A stretch of DNA of 63,974 nt, filler included, from Myxococcota bacterium (GTDB lineage: Bacteria > Myxococcota > Myxococcia > Myxococcales > Myxococcaceae): assembly GCA_049322255.1 (NCBI GenBank). It is 4 parts of 4 records of this genome, joined end to end, with 100 filler letters (N's around TTAATTAATTAA, not from the genome) between each part and the next. Parts side by side here need not be neighbours in the genome. Positions count along the whole stretch, not along the records: positions 57,840 to 63,974 come from JBMORE010000176.1; 3 more parts are not named here. One strand, given 5' to 3'. Position numbers and translations under genes: made by a program. The notes under the pieces are model-generated. The model was not told the DNA's origin. It searched no databases and worked only from the letters and a program-made list of their open reading frames with translations. Shown in pieces: positions 59,312 to 63,974 of this stretch (position 1 is the stretch's first letter; each line of letters starts with the position of its first letter).

Positions 59312-60881
59312 GAAGCTGCGTATAGCAGTTGTCCCGCTGGGGATGCTCATCGTCGGCATGACGATGGCGTTCCACCCGATGCTCTTGTCGGGGTTCGCCC
59401 ACGCGCAAGCCGACCCCGCGGACTCGCGCCTGCTCAACTACGTGCTGGAGCACGGACACCGGTGGTTGGGTGGGGAAGGGGACCTTTGGAACCCGAACTA
59501 CTTTTACCCGCAGCGCAATGCCGCGGCCTTCTCCGAAGTGATGCTGGGGCTGCTGCCCTTCTACAGCTTGTGGCGTTGGGCGGGCCTGCCCCCCGACTCG
59601 GCCTTCCAGGGGTGGATGCTCACCATGGGCGCGCTCAACTATCTAGCCGCCTGGCTCTTCTTTCGCCGCGCACTTTCGTTCGGAGCTCCGGCGGCGGCGT
59701 TCGGAGCATTTCTCTTTTCCTTCGGAGCCTCGCGACTGGCGCAGCTTGGGCACCAGCAGCTTCTTCCCCACTTCTTCACAGTGCTGGCGCTGCACGCGCT
59801 GGTGCGTCTGTTCCAGGGCGCCACTCCCCAGCAGTCACGCTTCTGGATCGCCGTCTTCTTTGCCTCGGTGACGCTCCAGATTCATTCCGGCGTGTACCAC
59901 GGGTGGTTTCTGTGTTTCGTGCTCGGGCTGTCGCTTTTGTGGGCGATGGTCTTACGAGAACAGCGCGAGCGCCTGTGGAGCGTGGTTCGGTTGCATCCTG
60001 TGGCGTGGGTGGCCGGAGCAGTGGGGATGATGCTCAGCCTGGTGCCTCTGGCTCAGCCGTACCTTTTGGCGGCCCGCGAGGTCGGCTATCGCTCCTTCAG
60101 CGAAGCAGAAGGGATGCTGCCGCGCTTCCAGTCCTGGTTTCACATGGGCTGGCAAAGCTGGCTCTACGGCTGGACGGCGTCTTTGCGCCCTTTTCGGACG
60201 CTGCCCATGGAGTGGGAGCACCGCCTCGGGCTGGGGGCGGTGACCACCGTGGTGATGGTGGTGTCGCTCTGGCGCGAGCGCCACCGGCCGTTGGTGAAGC
60301 TGATGGTCGCCGTTTCCGTTTCCGCCATCCTGCTCGTGTCGTACTACCGCTGGGGTTTCTCTTTCTGGCGAGGGCTGTTCCACCTCGTCCCCGGAGCCAA
60401 CGCCCTGCGCGCAGTGTCGCGCATGGGGTTGCTCTTGCTCATCCCGGCGTCGCTGGGGCTTGCGTATTTCGTCGAGCGCTTCCACGCACATCGACGAAGG
60501 TGGCTGGTCTTGCTCTTCGCCGCCGTCAGCGTGCTTGAACAGGGGCAGCGGGCAGGTTGGCACGACAAGCTGTCGCAGCGGGCCGACGTCGAGACGCTCG
60601 CCGCGCGGATCCCCGGCGGCTGCGAGGCGTTTTTCTACGCTCCGGTGCAAAGCGCAAAAAGCTGGGAGGTCACCCACCTCGACGCGATATGGGTCGCGAT
60701 GCTGCGCGGCATTCCCACGGTGAATGGCTACTCGGGCAACTTCCCCAGAGGCTGGGAAGACCTGATCCACCACAACATCACCACCCCTGAGGACGAGCAG
60801 CGCTTGCGAAGCGCGCTGGGTCAGTGGGAGCAGTCGCACCAGCTCTCTGAAGGGAGCGTCTGCTGGGTGTCTGCTCCTTAG
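59310..60881 (+). CDS. Polytopic membrane protein (GT-C/YfhO-like), paralog of 29048-31015 without the Ig domain
   Basis: [39 protein letters not shown] shared with the paralog. Confidence 0.85.
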   Translation: MKLRIAVVPLGMLIVGMTMAFHPMLLSGFAHAQADPADSRLLNYVLEHGHRWLGGEGDLWNPNYFYPQRNAAAFSEVMLGLLPFYSLWRWAGLPPDSAFQGWMLTMGALNYLAAWLFFRRALSFGAPAAAFGAFLFSFGASRLAQLGHQQLLPHFFTVLALHALVRLFQGATPQQSRFWIAVFFASVTLQIHSGVYHGWFLCFVLGLSLLWAMVLREQRERLWSVVRLHPVAWVAGAVGMMLSLVPLAQPYLLAAREVGYRSFSEAEGMLPRFQSWFHMGWQSWLYGWTASLRPFRTLPMEWEHRLGLGAVTTVVMVVSLWRERHRPLVKLMVAVSVSAILLVSYYRWGFSFWRGLFHLVPGANALRAVSRMGLLLLIPASLGLAYFVERFHAHRRRWLVLLFAAVSVLEQGQRAGWHDKLSQRADVETLAARIPGGCEAFFYAPVQSAKSWEVTHLDAIWVAMLRGIPTVNGYSGNFPRGWEDLIHHNITTPEDEQRLRSALGQWEQSHQLSEGSVCWVSAP

Positions 60882-60918
60882 GGCGGTTGAAACCTGCGAC
60901 CCCTGGTTGCCCTCACGT

Positions 60919-61431
60919 TCACGGAGTGCCCGGGACACGCTCCGCCAACGCAAAGAGATCGGCTCGGGCTCCGACGGATCCGATGAGCTCTTCGCGAAGC
61001 CGCTCGGGCGTGACGACCCGAAAACCGGACGGCAGAGCTCGGTGCGGTGGCAAGCGGTCGACGATCGCGGCCAAGAGGCGCGGTGGACCTGGCCACGGGC
61101 GGACGAGCACGGTGTCCGCAAGCGGTGCCACGTCGATGAGTCGCTCGCGCACGAGGCGCTCGAGGGGCGCCGGCGCCAGGAGATAGACGTGGACGTCGCC
61201 ACCAGAGAGGAACCCGAAGCCGGCGCTCAGGCGCATCGCCCAGTCGAGCGCAAAGACGCCTTCCGTTTTGAGGGCGTCGACCACCGCGGCGCCGGGGGCG
61301 AGCATCCGGTGGGCCTCCAGCCGACCCTCCCGGTCGAACAAAATGGGCGTGACCGCCATCATTCGCCGCCACCGGTCCCCGGCGACTTCGCGGAGCAGCC
61401 GCTCGCGGGCAAGTCTCTTGCGCGCTCGCAA
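60919..61431 (-). CDS. Hypothetical, possible antitoxin-like partner or remnant; start uncertain
   Basis: Open frame downstream of the NTase-like fragment; GDVHVY and RVVTPERL resemble AbiEi-like C-terminal motifs (weak). Confidence 0.4.
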   Translation of the reverse strand: MRARKRLARERLLREVAGDRWRRMMAVTPILFDREGRLEAHRMLAPGAAVVDALKTEGVFALDWAMRLSAGFGFLSGGDVHVYLLAPAPLERLVRERLIDVAPLADTVLVRPWPGPPRLLAAIVDRLPPHRALPSGFRVVTPERLREELIGSVGARADLFALAERVPGTP

Positions 61432-61449
61432 AAGCCCGTCCAGGCGCTC

Positions 61450-61818
61450 CTCCGCCTGTCGAAAGAATCAGCGACAGATCCGAGAAGACCTTGACCTTCA
61501 ACGGACCGCTCGATGCGATCTCGTCTGGTCGGCCAGGCGAGCCATGCCCGAGCAGGTCGAACGTCGCTCCTGCCGCGTCGGCGAAGGTCGCCGTCCCGGG
61601 CTGGTGGTCGAACCCCTGCGCGCGGAGCGCGGCGACGATCTCGGCCCCATGAGCCTCGACCACTTCTTTCGGGACCGCGATGTCGATGTCTTCCGTGAGC
61701 GCGGGTACGTGCGTCTCGAAACCGAACAGCCCCGAAGAGCCGAAGAGCACCGCGCGCCCTCCGACGGGTGTTTTCCGGAGCGCCTCGAGCACCTTCAGCG
61801 CTGTGCCTTGTCCGTCAC
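61450..61818 (-). pseudogene. Nucleotidyltransferase-like gene remnant
   Basis: VLFGSSG..LTEDIDIAV and FDLLG motifs; the GTG at 61818 (TATCAT 6 nt upstream) is 1 nt out of frame; frame degenerates near 61450. Confidence 0.45.
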
Positions 61819-61878
61819 GCTCCGATGATAGGAGCGGTCAGAGGGTGACGCTACTGATCTAGCCGCGAGGCTGCGCCC

Positions 61879-62775
61879 TTACGAGCAAGTGCGCGCCCAG
61901 TCTTGATGGAAGCGGCGGAGCGACTCCGCCAGCCCCACCGGTTTGGCGGAGAGCTCGCGCGCGGCCTTGGCGGTCAATAGCCCGCTTTTGGCAGGCCGAG
62001 GGCTGGGTAAATTCACGTCTTTCATTTTCGAGGGAGCGAGCAGGCTCGTATCGAAGCCGAATACCTCACAGAGCGCTTTGCCGAAGGTGACGCGGTCGAC
62101 CACTTCGGCGCCACAGGTGTTCCACACGCCCGGCAGCTTTCTCTCGGTGAGCTCGGCGAGCATCGCGGCGACGTTGTCGGCGAGGCTGGGACTGACCCAC
62201 TGGTCCTCGAAGAGCTTCACGCTCTGGCCCTTCTCCAGCGACGACACCAGCCAGCTGCCGAAGTTGGGCCGGCCGGCGGGCGGCCAGCCGTACACCACCG
62301 CGGTGCGGGCGATGGCCCACGAAGGCGCGAACACCCGCACCGCCAGCTCGCCCATCAGCTTGGTGGTGGCATACACCCCGCGGGGGTTGGGAAGGTCGTC
62401 TTCCGAGTAGGGGCCGGCGTCACCATCGAAGACGTAGTCGGTCGACACGTGCAGAAGGTGCGCCTCTTTCGCGCGGCACGCCTCGGCCACGAAGCGCGCG
62501 GCGTCGACGTTGGCGGCGTACGCGTCTTGGGGAGCCCTTTCGCAGGCGTCGACCTCGGTCATCGACGCGGTGTGCACCACCGCCTCGGGCTTGGACACGT
62601 CGACGGCGGCGAAGACTTCATCCCCCCGGGTGAGCTCGACGCTCCGGTAGGTGAAGGGGCCCTGAGCGCGACGCTCGCCCCTGCCCACCCCGGTGACTTC
62701 GTGCCCGCGTGAGGCAAGGAGCGCGCACAGGCGGCTCCCCACCAGCCCGTTGGCGCCGGTTACCAGAATGCGCAT
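61879..62775 (-). CDS. rfbD: dTDP-4-dehydrorhamnose reductase
   Basis: TGANGLVG, VDACE, STDYVFDG, YATTK, RP..S. Confidence 0.93.
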   Translation of the reverse strand: MRILVTGANGLVGSRLCALLASRGHEVTGVGRGERRAQGPFTYRSVELTRGDEVFAAVDVSKPEAVVHTASMTEVDACERAPQDAYAANVDAARFVAEACRAKEAHLLHVSTDYVFDGDAGPYSEDDLPNPRGVYATTKLMGELAVRVFAPSWAIARTAVVYGWPPAGRPNFGSWLVSSLEKGQSVKLFEDQWVSPSLADNVAAMLAELTERKLPGVWNTCGAEVVDRVTFGKALCEVFGFDTSLLAPSKMKDVNLPSPRPAKSGLLTAKAARELSAKPVGLAESLRRFHQDWARTCS

Positions 62776-62778
62776 GCC

Positions 62779-63810
62779 TTAGGCCGCCACGAGCGCGTCG
62801 AGCCGCGCCTTGTACTGGGTGTCGAAGTACTGCCGGTACGCGCCGCTCATCACCCGCTCCCACCAGGGGCGGTTTTCCACGTACCAGCGCACCGTCTCCT
62901 CCAAACCACGCTCGAAGGTGTGGGCGGGCGTCCAACCCAGCTCGGCTTTGACCTTCGCCGGGTCGATGGCGTAGCGGCGGTCGTGCCCTGGCCGGTCCTT
63001 CACGAACTTGATGAGCGACTCGGGCTTGCCCAAAAGCTGGAGGATGAGCTTCACAATCTCGATGTTCTTGCGCTCGGCGCCGCCGCCGATGTTGTAGACC
63101 TCGCCGGCCTTCCCTTTCTCCAAGGCGACGAGCAACGCCTGGCAGTGGTCTTCGACGTGCAGCCAGTCGCGCACGTTGGCGCCATCGCCGTACACCGGCA
63201 GCGGTTTGTCGTGCAGCGCGTTCACCACCATCAGAGGGATGAGCTTCTCGGGGAACTGGTACTTGCCGAAGTTGTTCGAGCAGCGCGTCACCACCACGTC
63301 GAGGCCGAAAGTGTGGTGGTAGGCGAGGGCGAAGAGGTCGGCCGAGGTCTTCGACGCCGAGTACGGGCTGGAGGGCCGAAGGGGTGAGCTCTCGGCGAAC
63401 GCGCCGGTGGGTCCCAAGGAGCCGTACACCTCGTCGGTGGAGACCATGAGAAAGCGCTTCACTCCCGCGGCGCGGCTGGCTTCCAAGAGTAGCTGCGTGC
63501 CGAGCACGTTGGTGACGGTGAAGGCCTCGGGCCCGAGAATGGAGCGGTCGACGTGGCTTTCGGCAGCCAGGTGCATCACCGCGTCGACGCCGTGCTGGCG
63601 GATGAGATGCTCCACCAGCTCGCGGTTGCTGATGTCTCCGCGCACGAAGACGTGGCCCTGGTCGCCCTCGAGGTCCTTCAAGTTCTCGAGGTTGCCCGCG
63701 TACGTCAGCTTATCGAGGTTGACGACCTTCCAGCCCGGCCGCTGCGCACGCAGGTGGCGGACCAGGTTCGAACCGATGAAACCGCAGCCGCCGGTGACCA
63801 GAACGTTCAT
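62779..63810 (-). CDS. rfbB: dTDP-glucose 4,6-dehydratase
   Basis: TGGCGFIGSN, LDKLTYAGN, AAESHVDRSI, STDEVYGSL, DRPGHDRRYA. Confidence 0.97.
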   Translation of the reverse strand: MNVLVTGGCGFIGSNLVRHLRAQRPGWKVVNLDKLTYAGNLENLKDLEGDQGHVFVRGDISNRELVEHLIRQHGVDAVMHLAAESHVDRSILGPEAFTVTNVLGTQLLLEASRAAGVKRFLMVSTDEVYGSLGPTGAFAESSPLRPSSPYSASKTSADLFALAYHHTFGLDVVVTRCSNNFGKYQFPEKLIPLMVVNALHDKPLPVYGDGANVRDWLHVEDHCQALLVALEKGKAGEVYNIGGGAERKNIEIVKLILQLLGKPESLIKFVKDRPGHDRRYAIDPAKVKAELGWTPAHTFERGLEETVRWYVENRPWWERVMSGAYRQYFDTQYKARLDALVAA

Positions 63811-63974
63811 GGTGAAGGTGTCCTGCCAGACCTCCCCTGACGAGGCAAGAGGCCCGCCGTTGACCGCTTTCGAGCCGGTCGCCTAGGGTGCCGCGCCTCG
63901 ATGACGGACGCGAGGCGACACGCCCCCCGGGTGCACCAACTCTTGCCGATGCTCTCCTGGGGCGACGCGGTGGG

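Noticed and set aside
63883..63974. Possible 3' end of a minus-strand gene at the window edge
   Set aside because: Too short to assign frame or function

Overview
High-GC bacterial DNA, most likely Myxococcota (TIGR02266-type PilZ protein, Hanks-type Ser/Thr kinase, Cys-rich lipoproteins); the taxon is an inference. The window is four contigs joined by artificial N/TTAATTAATTAA/N spacers (1-19455, 19556-38710, 38811-57739, 57840-63974), so adjacency across the spacers means nothing. Contig 1: DUF1801, Uma2, a coupled operon of two beta-propeller-like lipoproteins plus an outer-membrane barrel-like protein, a VapBC pair, an M16 peptidase, an unannotated protein with a caspase-like His/Cys motif, Crp, PIG-L, PilZ, CtaA, pirin and a PLD, ending in an IS1202-like left end. 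Contig 2: B12-radical SAM, several toxin-antitoxin (TA) modules and remnants, and a Wzm/Wzt surface-glycan locus with GT4/GT2, methyltransferases and GT-C-like membrane proteins, ending in an IS21-like end. Contig 3: a second IS1202-like left end, M61 peptidase, Fe ABC transporter, RsmB, peroxiredoxin, kinase, moeB, IscA, an NTase-type TA pair and dNK-tdh-kbl. Contig 4: rmlBD...AC interrupted by a GT-C-like gene and a decayed TA-like cassette. Best leads: the lipoprotein/barrel operon; candidate effectors (clan-CD-like peptidase and PLD) with similar disordered leaders; a recurrent helical-antitoxin plus nucleotidyltransferase TA family; a translated REP-like palindrome inside genes; widespread leaderless-type promoters; and two genes starting back-to-back on one CATG. 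No CRISPR, rRNA or tRNA was seen.
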